NCBI GenBank assembly: GCA_001871765.1
Contig: MNVN01000003.1
Coordinates: 1-53,110 of the forward strand
Direction: 5' to 3'
Source of the DNA: Candidatus Nomurabacteria bacterium CG1_02_43_90
GTDB taxonomy: Bacteria > Patescibacteriota > Minisyncoccia > Phycocordibacterales > UBA1550
Length of the DNA: 53,110 nucleotides
The position numbers and the translations under genes were made by a program. A model generated the notes under the pieces. It saw only the letters and a list, made by a program, of their open reading frames with translations, searched no databases and was not told where the DNA came from. Numbering within the stretch: position 1 is the first letter of the stretch; each line of letters begins with the position of its first letter. Below, piece by piece: positions 42,717 through 51,832 of the stretch.

Positions 42717-43590
42717 TGGAAACTTTCATACGGATGAGGTTTTTGCGTGTGCGGTACTCTCACTCTTGTACGATGGTAATGTGGAAATTGTGCGTAGTCG
42801 CGACCCGGAAGTGTGGGCAACGGGGGATTATGTGGTTGATGTCGGTGGTGAATATGATTCCGCGCGCGGACGTTTTGATCATCATCAAATAGGAGGAGCA
42901 GGCAAGCGTGAAAATGATATTCCGTACTCTTCGTTTGGATTAGTTTGGAAAGAGTATGGGGAAAAGTTATGTGGAGGTACTTACCAATCCTACTATATTG
43001 ATGAAAAATTGGTACAACCCGTGGACACGGCAGATAACGGCATCAATACGTTCGATCTAACAGAAAAAAAGATTTTTCCGTATCTTCTTCATCACGTAGT
43101 TACTGCTTTTCGCCCAACATGGAGAGAAGAATCTGAGCATGAGATGTCATTTGATGAGGGCTTTGCTCATGCTGTAGGCGTGGCAAAGCAAGTACTTTTG
43201 CGCGAAATAGTGATTGCGAAAGATGACTTTGAAGGGGAGGCTGCGGTGGTTGATTTGTATCATAAATCTGCCGATAAGCGTGTTGTTGTTGTTGATGGGC
43301 AGTATCCATGGGAGCGTGCACTTTCTCAGTTCCCTGAACCACTCTATGTAGTAAAACCTGACCATGAAAATGGGGGGAAATGGAAAGTGAAAACAGTAAG
43401 AGAGAGGATTGACTCGTTCGAATCACGGAAACCCTTTCCTTCTGTATGGGCAGGAAAATCTGGCAAAGAACTTGCGGAAACTACCGGAGTTCCTGATTCA
43501 ATTTTTTGTCATACAAAACTTTTTATAGCCGTTGCAGGCTCAAAAGAAGGAGCCCTCAAGTTGGCGCACTTAGCAGTGGACGCAGAATGA
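42670..43590 (+). CDS. MYG1 / UPF0160 family metal-dependent hydrolase
   Basis: IVTHSGNFHTDEVFACAVL and FDHHQ motifs. The start is ambiguous (42670, 42679 or 42691), and all three overlap the DedA gene end. Confidence 0.8.
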   Translation: MGNMNKIMKKKIVTHSGNFHTDEVFACAVLSLLYDGNVEIVRSRDPEVWATGDYVVDVGGEYDSARGRFDHHQIGGAGKRENDIPYSSFGLVWKEYGEKLCGGTYQSYYIDEKLVQPVDTADNGINTFDLTEKKIFPYLLHHVVTAFRPTWREESEHEMSFDEGFAHAVGVAKQVLLREIVIAKDDFEGEAAVVDLYHKSADKRVVVVDGQYPWERALSQFPEPLYVVKPDHENGGKWKVKTVRERIDSFESRKPFPSVWAGKSGKELAETTGVPDSIFCHTKLFIAVAGSKEGALKLAHLAVDAE

Positions 43591-43637
43591 TTTTTGTGAT
43601 ATAATTGCATCCTAACTATTAACTACTGACTAATTTT

Positions 43638-44618
43638 ATGGCATTCATCGACGAAATGAGTATTTATATGAAAGCAGGCGACGGGGGCAACGGCGTGATG
43701 CGTATGAAACACGAGAAAGGCAAAGAGTTTGCTGGCCCTTCTGGTGGCGATGGTGGTCGCGGTGGCGATGTCATTATTCGTGGTGTTCGTGACGTGCATA
43801 TTCTCTCAAAGTATCGTCATCAAAAAGAATTTTTTGCAGAACGCGCAGGCGACGGTGGTAACGATAGTTTACATGGACGAAACGGTGATGACTTTGTTTT
43901 TGATTTGCCTGTTGGTTCTATCGTACGTAATACTGAAACGGGAGCAGAGTACCAGCTCCTTAAAGATGAAGAGCAGATTGTGGTGCTGAGAGGTGGTCGT
44001 GGTGGCTTTGGGAATGAACACTTCAAAAGTTCAACGAACCGAGCACCAAAAGAACATGTGCCAGGGATGAAAGGACAGGAGGGAAATTTTGAAGTAGAAC
44101 TTCAGATTGTGGCAGATATTGGATTTGTCGGACTTCCTAACGCAGGTAAGTCGAGTTTGTTGAATACACTTACTCGCGCGAGTGCGAAGACGGCGGATTA
44201 CGCCTTCACCACTCTTGAACCAAACCTCGGCGAATGTTTCGAGTTCATTATTGCAGACATCCCAGGACTTATTGAAGGGGCAAGCGAGGGAAAAGGGCTT
44301 GGGCACAAATTTCTCCGCCATGTGAAGCGTACAAAAATGCTCGCACATTTGGTGTCACTCGAAAACGAAGATCCTCTTGCGGTGTATGACACGGTGCGCA
44401 AAGAGCTTGAAGCCTATGACCATGACCTTGCAACAAAGCATGAAATAATTATTCTTACGAAGACTGATACCGTAACACCAGAGCGTGTAAAAGAGGTGGA
44501 AAAAGCAATGAAGAAAAAAAACCCAGAATCCGAGATCTTCACGATTTCAATCCTCGATGATGTGGTCATGAAAAATTTTCAGGATGAGTTGTTGAAACTT
44601 TTGAAAAAGAGAGGGTAG
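43638..44618 (+). CDS. obg: GTPase Obg/CgtA (short form)
   Basis: Glycine-rich Obg fold GDGGNG..GGDGGRGGDV. G1 is GLPNAGKSSL, G3 is DIPGLIEGA and G4 is TKTD. Confidence 0.9.
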   Translation: MAFIDEMSIYMKAGDGGNGVMRMKHEKGKEFAGPSGGDGGRGGDVIIRGVRDVHILSKYRHQKEFFAERAGDGGNDSLHGRNGDDFVFDLPVGSIVRNTETGAEYQLLKDEEQIVVLRGGRGGFGNEHFKSSTNRAPKEHVPGMKGQEGNFEVELQIVADIGFVGLPNAGKSSLLNTLTRASAKTADYAFTTLEPNLGECFEFIIADIPGLIEGASEGKGLGHKFLRHVKRTKMLAHLVSLENEDPLAVYDTVRKELEAYDHDLATKHEIIILTKTDTVTPERVKEVEKAMKKKNPESEIFTISILDDVVMKNFQDELLKLLKKRG

Positions 44619-44637
44619 TTGTGGTACAATCTTTCGT

Positions 44638-46050
44638 ATGACCTACAAACTTACTGTCGGGCTCGAGGTACATGCCGAGCTCAAAACAAAAACAAAGATG
44701 TTCTGCAATTCGGCGAATGATCCGTTTAATGCGGAGCCGAATGTAAATATTTGCCCAGTGTGTATGGCGCACCCAGGGACATTGCCCGTGATTAACAAGC
44801 AGGCAGTGCACCATGTGCTTCGTGTGGGAACGGCGCTTGGAAGCACGATTGCAGACTTCACTGAATTTGACCGGAAAAATTATTTTTACCCTGATATTCC
44901 GAAAGGATACCAGATTAGCCAGTATAAATACCCCCTTGTATCAGGAGGAAACTTGAACGGCGTTCTCATTGAGCGGGTGCACTTGGAGGAAGATACTGCA
45001 AGCTCTTCACACGAAGGTTCAGAGGGGAGTCTCGTAGACTACAATCGCGCCGGGGTGCCACTCATGGAGCTCGTAACAAAACCAGTGATCCACACCGCAG
45101 AAGATGCAGGTGCTTTTGCACGCGAACTGCAACTCTTGCTCCGCACGCTCGGCGTATCTGATGCAAATATGGAAAAAGGGGAGATGCGTGTAGAAGCAAA
45201 TATTTCAATATCAAATACCGACAAACTTGGCACAAAAGTGGAGGTGAAAAACCTCAACTCATTCCGCTCAGTAGAACGCGCTATTGCATACGAGGTAGCG
45301 CGTATGACGGCAGTCCTCGATGGTGGCCCTGGTGAGATTGTTCAGGAAACACGCGGTTGGGATGAAGGCAAGCAAGCAACATTTTCACAGCGCAAAAAAG
45401 AGAGTGCGCATGATTATCGCTATTTCCCTGATCCTGATTTACCAAAACTTAAAATTTCAGAAATTCCTGAATTTTCAAATGAAGCATTGCAAGCAACGAT
45501 GCCAGAGCTTCCTTGGGAAAAGCGTGAGCGTCTTGTTCGTGAGTATGGTGTGAAGCCAGAGAACGCGGAGGTGTTTATTTCTGAGCCTCTTCTCTGTGGG
45601 CTTTTTGAAGAAGCGGTGATTGCCATTGGTGTCGATAGGCCTTCTGTGTCACTTATCGAGAACTATATTACATCTGATCTTGTTGGCCTAATGAAAGCGG
45701 GGGGTTCCCTTGGTGGAGTGACGGGGCATACTCTTGCCGATCTAGTCAATATGATCAAAGCAGGAGACCTCTCTTCTCGCGGGGCAAAAGATACACTTGC
45801 GATACTCTATGCAGAGGGTGGAGAGCCAAAAGTAATCGCAGAAAAAAATGGCTTCATTCAAAAAAATGACACAGAGGCACTCAAAAAAATCGTTGATGAA
45901 ATTATTTCTGCGAACCCTGCTGTTGCTCTAGATTACAAATCAGGAAAAGTAGCCCTCTTGCAGTTCTTTGTTGGACAGGGAATGAAAGCAAGCAAGGGTG
46001 CGGGGAATCCCGCCCTCCTCAAGACTCTTTTTGAGGAGGGGTTGAAATAA
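44638..46050 (+). CDS. gatB: Asp-tRNA(Asn)/Glu-tRNA(Gln) amidotransferase subunit B
   Basis: VGLEVHAELKTKTKMFC, CPVCMAHPGTLPV, HLEEDT, EVKNLNSFRSV and the C-terminal YqeY-like domain. A TGgTACAAT -10 element lies 7 nt before the ATG. Confidence 0.93.
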   Translation: MTYKLTVGLEVHAELKTKTKMFCNSANDPFNAEPNVNICPVCMAHPGTLPVINKQAVHHVLRVGTALGSTIADFTEFDRKNYFYPDIPKGYQISQYKYPLVSGGNLNGVLIERVHLEEDTASSSHEGSEGSLVDYNRAGVPLMELVTKPVIHTAEDAGAFARELQLLLRTLGVSDANMEKGEMRVEANISISNTDKLGTKVEVKNLNSFRSVERAIAYEVARMTAVLDGGPGEIVQETRGWDEGKQATFSQRKKESAHDYRYFPDPDLPKLKISEIPEFSNEALQATMPELPWEKRERLVREYGVKPENAEVFISEPLLCGLFEEAVIAIGVDRPSVSLIENYITSDLVGLMKAGGSLGGVTGHTLADLVNMIKAGDLSSRGAKDTLAILYAEGGEPKVIAEKNGFIQKNDTEALKKIVDEIISANPAVALDYKSGKVALLQFFVGQGMKASKGAGNPALLKTLFEEGLK

Positions 46051-46055
46051 AAAAT

Positions 46056-46480
46056 ATGGAATCTGTTTTAATCCCGCTATTGACTGCTCTAATGGGTTTA
46101 TATGTAGGACATTTGCTCACTAAAAGTAGAAATTCACTGAGCAGATTTTTCGTGAAAGAGTAAAAATATATTCTGAATTTCAACAGATGACAGGACCTGC
46201 TTTTTTAGACCCTAAAAACCCTCTTTTGAATTTTAATGATCATAAAAAGTTTTCAATAGGAATGTTACTAAGAGCCGGTAGGGTTTTTAGCAGAAGTCGT
46301 CTTTTTTCTAGTTATGGGTTAGAGAAAACGTTAAGGATGTTTTTTGATGTGATAGAAGAAGAATTAGAAACAAGGGAGTCTCGTAAGGAAGGCTCATTAA
46401 AAGATCTTGAAATTAAAGCGAGGATAACTTATCTTACGTATAAAATAGAAATGGTGTATGTAGTATTTACGAATATGTGA
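46056..46480 (+). pseudogene. Hypothetical membrane-anchored protein split into two overlapping frames
   Basis: MESVLIPLLTALMGLYVGHLL.. (46056-46163) and a second frame open from 46130 that contains the 97-aa ORF (46187-46480). The two overlap around a T5 run. It could instead be two small genes. Confidence 0.3.
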
Positions 46481-46583
46481 CAAGGGTATTATTTTGGTGG
46501 ATGTTTATGTTAAAAACAAAATACTTTTTGTTGAGGTTAAGAGAGAAATAATCTATAAGTTTCAATTTTTTTACATTGACATC

Positions 46584-46615
46584 ATATATGACAAAGTATA
46601 TACTTTGTCATATAT
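46584..46615. promoter_or_regulatory. 32-bp perfect palindrome (putative TA operator) embedded in a leaderless promoter
   Basis: ATATATGACAAAGTAT/ATACTTTGTCATATAT. The promoter is TTGACA (46576-46581), 17-nt spacer, TATACT (46599-46604), then 9 nt to the ATG at 46614. Confidence 0.6.
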
Positions 46616-46886
46616 GAAAACAGCAGTATTAAATATCAAAATAGACCCCAAGGTGAAGAAGGATGCGCAGAAGGTTGCTGATGAACTCGGCTTCACTTTG
46701 TCGGCTATCATAAATGCCTCTCTGAAAAATTTGGCGCGAAGTAAGACTGTCTCCTTTTCTCTTTTGGAGCCAACACCCTTTTTGGCAAAAGCAATTCGTT
46801 CTGCAGATGCTGATTATGCAAAAGGGAAAAAAACGGTCGGCCCCTTTCGTGATGCTGAAAGTATGATGAAATCTCTTCGTCAGTAG
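46614..46886 (+). CDS. RelB/DinJ-family type II antitoxin
   Basis: LNIKIDPKVKKDAQKVADELGFTLSAIINASLKNL is the ribbon-helix-helix DinJ pattern. I chose ATG 46614. Confidence 0.75.
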   Translation: MKTAVLNIKIDPKVKKDAQKVADELGFTLSAIINASLKNLARSKTVSFSLLEPTPFLAKAIRSADADYAKGKKTVGPFRDAESMMKSLRQ

Positions 46887-46889
46887 GCT

Positions 46890-47147
46890 ATGGTTACGTA
46901 TCATCGAAATTTTAAGAAAATGTTTCAGAAACTTCCCCTTGCGATACAAGAAAAGTTCTCTGAGCGTATGGTTATTTTTATAAAAATTCCCTATCATGGA
47001 ACACTGGAGAACCACGCGCTCTCGGGAGAATGGAAAATGTGTAGAAGTATTAATATAACAGGGGATATCCGAGCAGTTTATAAAGAACGAGATCGTCGGG
47101 TTGTGCAGTTTATTGCCATCGGGAGTCATAGTGAATTGTATTCATGA
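46890..47147 (+). CDS. YafQ/RelE-family mRNA interferase toxin
   Basis: 85 aa. HALSGEWKMCRSINITGDIRAVYKERD..VVQFIAIGSHSELY matches the YafQ-type C-terminal pattern. It starts 3 nt after the antitoxin. Confidence 0.75.
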   Translation: MVTYHRNFKKMFQKLPLAIQEKFSERMVIFIKIPYHGTLENHALSGEWKMCRSINITGDIRAVYKERDRRVVQFIAIGSHSELYS

Positions 47148-47191
47148 AAAGTATATTTTTGTGGTGTGGTTTAATGTGGTAAGATTAAGTG

Positions 47192-47826
47192 ATGAATAAA
47201 ATAATAATCTTAGTATCCTCTATTTTTGCTCTACTTGTTCTTGGTGTTTATTTTAAGAACAACCTACCTATATAGACACCAGTGGCACCTCTGTTGACAG
47301 TGAGTCTTTAGCACAATTATCCCATGAGCCATCCTCTAGCTTAATATTTAATTTTACGGGAAAACCAATCTGCATTACTGCTCCAGATTTTTGTAATGAA
47401 AAAGAAGCCCCCGTATTTTTAAGTGATAATGGCCCTCATTTTTCTGGCCTGTTTAATTACCCAGAAGAAGCATTAAAAAAACTCAATGGAATGATAGTTG
47501 GGATTTTGTTGGTAAAGGAGGATTTTTTTGAAAAGTCTCAAGTCTTTCAATTTAGATACCCTGAGGGGAATAATGTTACAGGAACAACCACGGATGATTA
47601 TTGGTTAGTGCTTGCTACTATTACAATGCCTAATGAGATTGGTGCTAAAAAACTAAAAAAACAATTACTGTTTTTTTATAAGAATCCTCTCACTGGTGTT
47701 TCTGAAGTTTCTCAGGTCCCAACAATGCCAGGTTTAAGAATAGTTGACTCAGTGAGCACCACAAACAAAGAAGGGTTAGAAGTTAAAGCACGCGACAATA
47801 GTAATTTATTACAAAATTTCACTTAG
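47192..47826 (+). pseudogene. Hypothetical signal-anchored protein with a frameshift
   Basis: MNKIIILVSSIFALLVLGVYFKNNLPI stops at the TAG at 47273-47275. The -1 frame is open from 47257 and runs on through DTSGTSVDSESL... into the 111-aa ORF ending at 47826. Confidence 0.5.
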
Positions 47827-48076
47827 TTATTACTGATAAAATAGGAATGGCTGATAATATTGATGATGCTGGGCACCGCTTCTTGTGGGCGACTCATGTT
47901 GATGCTGCACCAAGCGACTATTCTGAGATAGAACAGGATTTGTATTATAAATACGGTTGGTTTCGTTTTTAAAATATCCGCACTTAGAAAATATACTTAT
48001 TAAGTATATTTGGTGTACATGTGTTTGTATAGTAAAATAGATAAATAGTATTAATAATGTTAATTAAAGAAATATC

Positions 48077-49111
48077 ATGGCAAAAATACGAGTAGCGATT
48101 AATGGGTTTGGGCGCATTGGACGCACGTTTTATAAATTGGCACGCACACAGCCAGAAATTGAGATTGTAGCAGTGAACGATTTGGGGGATCCTGCAAACA
48201 TGGCATACCTTTTGAAGTACGACACTGCATACGGTAAGGCAGATTTTAATGTTGAAGTAGTAGGGGGATATGAGCCTGGCTTTATTGTCGATGATGAAAA
48301 AGTTGTATTGGTACAAGAAAAAGATGCAACGAAACTTCCTTGGGCAAAATACAACGTGGATGTTGTGGTTGAATCGACAGGGTTTTTCACTAGCTTTGAA
48401 AAATCAAAAGCACACCTAGATGCAGGTGCAAAGCGTGTAGTTATTACCGCACCCGTAAAAGGAGAGCAAGTGCCAGGGATTACTGGGGTGACTGTACTCA
48501 TGGGTATTAATGACGAAAAACTCGCAACGTGCCAGATTTCTTCAAACGCTTCGTGTACTACCAACGCAGCATCACCACTCATCCACATTCTGAATGAGAC
48601 GATTGGTATCGAGAAAGCACTTTTGAACACGACACATGCATACACCGGGACACAAAAGATTGTTGATGGTCCTGGAGGCAAAGACCTCCGTGGGGGGCGT
48701 GCTGCTGCTCAGAATATGATCCCTGGTTCAACAGGAGCAGCTATTGCGGTGACCGAAGCAGTGCCAAGTTTGATCGGTAAATTTGACGGTATTGCTATTC
48801 GCGTGCCTGTGATTGCGGGTTCCATTGCGGACATAACCTTCCTTGCAAAACGTAATACTTCGGTGGAAGAGGTAAACCAAATTTTGCGCGATGCAGCAAA
48901 AGACCCTCGTTGGGAAGGTATCTTTAGGGTGAGCGAAGAACCTATTGTTTCTTCTGATATTATGGGGGAACGTTATGGCGCTATTGCTGACCTTGAGCTT
49001 ACTCGTGTTGTTGACGGCAACCTTGTAAAAGTATTGTCATGGTATGACAACGAGATGGGGTATACGAATACGTTAGTGAAGCATGTTGTAGAGGTTGCAA
49101 AGCACATATAA
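48077..49111 (+). CDS. gap: Glyceraldehyde-3-phosphate dehydrogenase
   Basis: INGFGRIGR, SNASCTTN (catalytic Cys) and WYDNEMGY. Confidence 0.93.
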   Translation: MAKIRVAINGFGRIGRTFYKLARTQPEIEIVAVNDLGDPANMAYLLKYDTAYGKADFNVEVVGGYEPGFIVDDEKVVLVQEKDATKLPWAKYNVDVVVESTGFFTSFEKSKAHLDAGAKRVVITAPVKGEQVPGITGVTVLMGINDEKLATCQISSNASCTTNAASPLIHILNETIGIEKALLNTTHAYTGTQKIVDGPGGKDLRGGRAAAQNMIPGSTGAAIAVTEAVPSLIGKFDGIAIRVPVIAGSIADITFLAKRNTSVEEVNQILRDAAKDPRWEGIFRVSEEPIVSSDIMGERYGAIADLELTRVVDGNLVKVLSWYDNEMGYTNTLVKHVVEVAKHI

Positions 49112-49145
49112 TTTACAATTAACAACTTACAGCATGGTTTAAAAA

Positions 49146-49436
49146 TTGAGATTTTTTGAATGGCAAGTATGGCGAGATTCAAAAAGTTTATCTGCTAAAG
49201 TTTTGGATATTGTAAATAATTTGCCACAGGAATACCTATTTGATCTCGGTGTAAAGATAGTAGATTACGGGTTTCCTATAATGATTAATATCGCGGAAGG
49301 AAGTGGAAAATCTATAGACAAAGACTCTAACCCTTACCTTGATGTATTTTTAGGGTAATTGTATGAAATAGTTGCTTCTCTTGATATATTGCGCGATAAT
49401 AAGATTATTAAAAAAAGAGTTTCAGGGTTTATTTAG
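49146..49436 (+). pseudogene. Four-helix-bundle protein (23S rRNA intervening-sequence protein family), in-frame stop
   Basis: WQVWRDSKSL..INIAEGSGKS matches the family core (..SNIAEGSGR). There is an in-frame TAA at 49356-49358, and family-like sequence (LYEIVASLDIL) continues to the TAG at 49434-49436. TTG start. Confidence 0.6.
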
Positions 49437-49459
49437 TAAAAGTTCCCTCATTCCTAAAC

Positions 49460-49492
49460 AACTCTTTAGTTTCAAAAAGAAACTAAAGAGTT
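49460..49492. terminator. 14-bp perfect hairpin
   Basis: AACTCTTTAGTTTC-aaaaa-GAAACTAAAGAGTT. Confidence 0.5.
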
Positions 49493-49530
49493 CGTTATAA
49501 ATTGTTTGTTGTAATTAGTATGTTAAATCT

Positions 49531-49980
49531 ATGAAATTATACATTGGAACCGATCATGCGGGATTTGAACTCAAAGAAGAACTCGTTTCTTTTTTGCGTG
49601 TGGAAGGTCATGAAGTAGAGGATATGGGGGCGCACACCTTTGAAGCGCTCGACGACTACCCAGATTTTATTCGTCCTGTTGCGGAGGCTGTCGCCGATGA
49701 TATTACTTCTCGTGGAATTATCCTCGGTGGTTCAGGACAAGGCGAAGCAATGTGTGCAAATCGTATAAAGGGTGCACGCGCAGCTGTATATTATGGTGGA
49801 ACCGTAGACATAGCGATACTTTCTCGTGAACATAACGATGCAAATATTTTGTCTCTTGGTGCACGCTTTGTTGAAATGGATGAAGCAAAGGAGGTGGTGC
49901 GTGTGTGGCTCGAAACGCCTTTTAGCGGAGAGGGAAAGCACGCACGAAGGATTGCAAAAATAGATAATACACAAAAATAA
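49531..49980 (+). CDS. rpiB: Ribose-5-phosphate isomerase B
   Basis: GTDHAGFELKE, ILGGSGQGEAMCANRIKG and ANILSLGARF. Confidence 0.88.
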   Translation: MKLYIGTDHAGFELKEELVSFLRVEGHEVEDMGAHTFEALDDYPDFIRPVAEAVADDITSRGIILGGSGQGEAMCANRIKGARAAVYYGGTVDIAILSREHNDANILSLGARFVEMDEAKEVVRVWLETPFSGEGKHARRIAKIDNTQK

Positions 49981-49981
49981 T

Positions 49982-50164
49982 ATGAGAGAAATATATAGGA
50001 GTAAAATTTTTATACATTTTCTGGTTTTTATGGGGTTGTTTGCTTTATCTGGATATATTTATGCAGGCATTAAAGTACTAATTCTATTTTCAGTACTTTC
50101 ATTTGCTGGTGCAGTTTGTGGGGCATTTGATAAGCTAAGTGATCAAATAGAAAAACATGGCTGA
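49982..50164 (+). CDS. Hypothetical small membrane protein
   Basis: 60 aa with two hydrophobic helices, wedged between rpiB and rpe. It overlaps the rpe start by 8 nt. Confidence 0.35.
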   Translation: MREIYRSKIFIHFLVFMGLFALSGYIYAGIKVLILFSVLSFAGAVCGAFDKLSDQIEKHG

Positions 50165-50831
50165 AATTATTCCCGCAATTATGCCTCAAGATTACGATGA
50201 CCTTTTAGAAAAGGTTAATCTTTTTGTAGAGGTCGTGCCGTTTGTTCAACTTGATATTATGGATGGAAAATTTGTTCCTGAGCGCACATGGCCGTACCCT
50301 TTGGAGCGCGACCCTCATTTTGGGATGATCGTAGACCAAGAAGAGGGTATGCCTCGTTGGGAGGATATTGATTTTGAAATAGACCTCATGGTGGAAAACC
50401 CTGAATTCATGGTACCTAAATGGGTTATGGCAGGGGCGCGCCGGGTCATCGTTCACGTTGAATCAATGAAAGATTTTGAAACAATTCGTAGTGCTGTACC
50501 CGACGGGCTTATTGAACTCGGACTCGCTATAAATACAACGACTCCTCTTTCTGTTGTTGAACCCTATGTTGACCGTGTTGATTTTGTGCAGTGTATGGGT
50601 ATTGCGCGTATCGGGTTTCAAGGGGAAGCATTTGATGAACGAGTGCTCGACAACGTGCGTGCGTTACACGCGCTTCGACCAGACTTGCCTATTAGTATTG
50701 ATGGTTCAGTGAACTTTGATACGGCGCGTAGTCTTGTGGAGGCGGGAGCAACACGATTGGTTGCAGGGTCAGTAATTTTAGAGAGCGAGAATATTATTTC
50801 TACTATTGATGAATTAAAAAATTTGCTATAA
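50157..50831 (+). CDS. rpe: Ribulose-phosphate 3-epimerase
   Basis: IIPAIM.., QLDIMDGKFVP and IDGSVN.. blocks of the RPE TIM barrel. Confidence 0.85.
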   Translation: MAEIIPAIMPQDYDDLLEKVNLFVEVVPFVQLDIMDGKFVPERTWPYPLERDPHFGMIVDQEEGMPRWEDIDFEIDLMVENPEFMVPKWVMAGARRVIVHVESMKDFETIRSAVPDGLIELGLAINTTTPLSVVEPYVDRVDFVQCMGIARIGFQGEAFDERVLDNVRALHALRPDLPISIDGSVNFDTARSLVEAGATRLVAGSVILESENIISTIDELKNLL

Positions 50832-50961
50832 TAAACTTAAGATAAAATTTGTTTACGAAATATTTTATCAAAATTTCAAATGTTCATTTTTTTTTAAATA
50901 AATTTAAAGGTATTAATTTAAAAATTAAAAACTTGGTTTTAAAAAATTTAAGTACTCTTAT

Positions 50962-51831
50962 ATGACACATCTCCACGATGACAAAATAAAATTTCTTGAA
51001 GAAAAAGCTATCGAAGTTCGTAAGTCGATTATTGAGATGCTCGTTGAGGCAAAGTCAGGACATACGGCGGGACCACTCGGTATGGCGGATATTTTTACCG
51101 CGTTTTATTTTCATATTCTTAAACATGATCCCCATAATCCGACATGGGAAGATCGTGACCGCGTGGTGCTTTCTAATGGGCATATCTGCCCTGTACTCTA
51201 TTCTGCAATGGCACACGCGGGATATTTTCCTGTTGAAGAATTAAAGACACTTCGTAAATTTGGCTCCCGACTACAGGGACACCCTCATCGTGAATGGTTG
51301 CCAATGCTCGAGACGAGTTCGGGTCCCCTCGGAGAAGGTCTTTCTCAGGCCGTGGGTATGGCAATGATTGACCGACTTGATCGCGGACAGAATTCAAATA
51401 GAACCACTTATTGTTTTTTGGGTGATGGTGAGTTGAACGAAGGGCAGGTGTGGGAGGCCGCTATGCTTGCCGGGAAAGAAAAACTCCACAATCTTGTGGC
51501 CGTCGTCGATCGCAATAATATTCAAATCGATGGGTTTACTGAAACAGTGATGCCCCTTGAACCCCTCATGGATAAATGGAGGGCTTTCGGGTGGCATGTT
51601 CTTGAGATTGATGGACACAACATGGAGTCAATTGTCGATGCTGTAGATGAGGCGCGTGCAATTTTTGAAAAACCATCCGTCATTATTGCGCATACGATTC
51701 CTGGGAAAGATGTCGACATGTTTGAGAATGATTATAAATGGCACGGCAATCCGCCGAACAAAGAGCAAGGAGAAGAGGCTCTTGCGACCTTGCGTACGTT
51801 GAGCGGATTGATTATGAGCGAACACGAATAA
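50962..51831 (+). CDS. tkt: Transketolase, N-terminal (TPP-binding) subunit
   Basis: SGHTAGPLGMADI, RDRVVLSNGH and LGDGELNEGQVWEA (TPP motif GDG..NEG). 289 aa. Confidence 0.9.
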   Translation: MTHLHDDKIKFLEEKAIEVRKSIIEMLVEAKSGHTAGPLGMADIFTAFYFHILKHDPHNPTWEDRDRVVLSNGHICPVLYSAMAHAGYFPVEELKTLRKFGSRLQGHPHREWLPMLETSSGPLGEGLSQAVGMAMIDRLDRGQNSNRTTYCFLGDGELNEGQVWEAAMLAGKEKLHNLVAVVDRNNIQIDGFTETVMPLEPLMDKWRAFGWHVLEIDGHNMESIVDAVDEARAIFEKPSVIIAHTIPGKDVDMFENDYKWHGNPPNKEQGEEALATLRTLSGLIMSEHE

Positions 51832-51832
51832 T

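Noticed and set aside
3199-49358. Stop-codon reassignment, suggested by in-frame stops followed by continued open frame or homology (TAG 3199-3201, TAA 3605-3607, TAG 4055-4057, TAA 49356-49358)
   Set aside because: All three stop codons terminate well-conserved genes at their expected ends: TAA for murD, murC, rsmI and gatB; TAG for secA and obg; TGA for the dCMP deaminase and the transketolase C subunit. No conserved gene contains an internal stop. The affected loci also carry frameshifts or degenerate motifs, so standard code 11 with pseudogenes is the simpler reading.
50832-50961. AT-rich spacer before the transketolase genes with short inverted repeats (GATAAAAT..ATTTTATC) as a regulatory element
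   Set aside because: The sequence is nearly pure A/T, so short palindromes are expected by chance. There is no clear promoter spacing or conserved motif to support a specific call.
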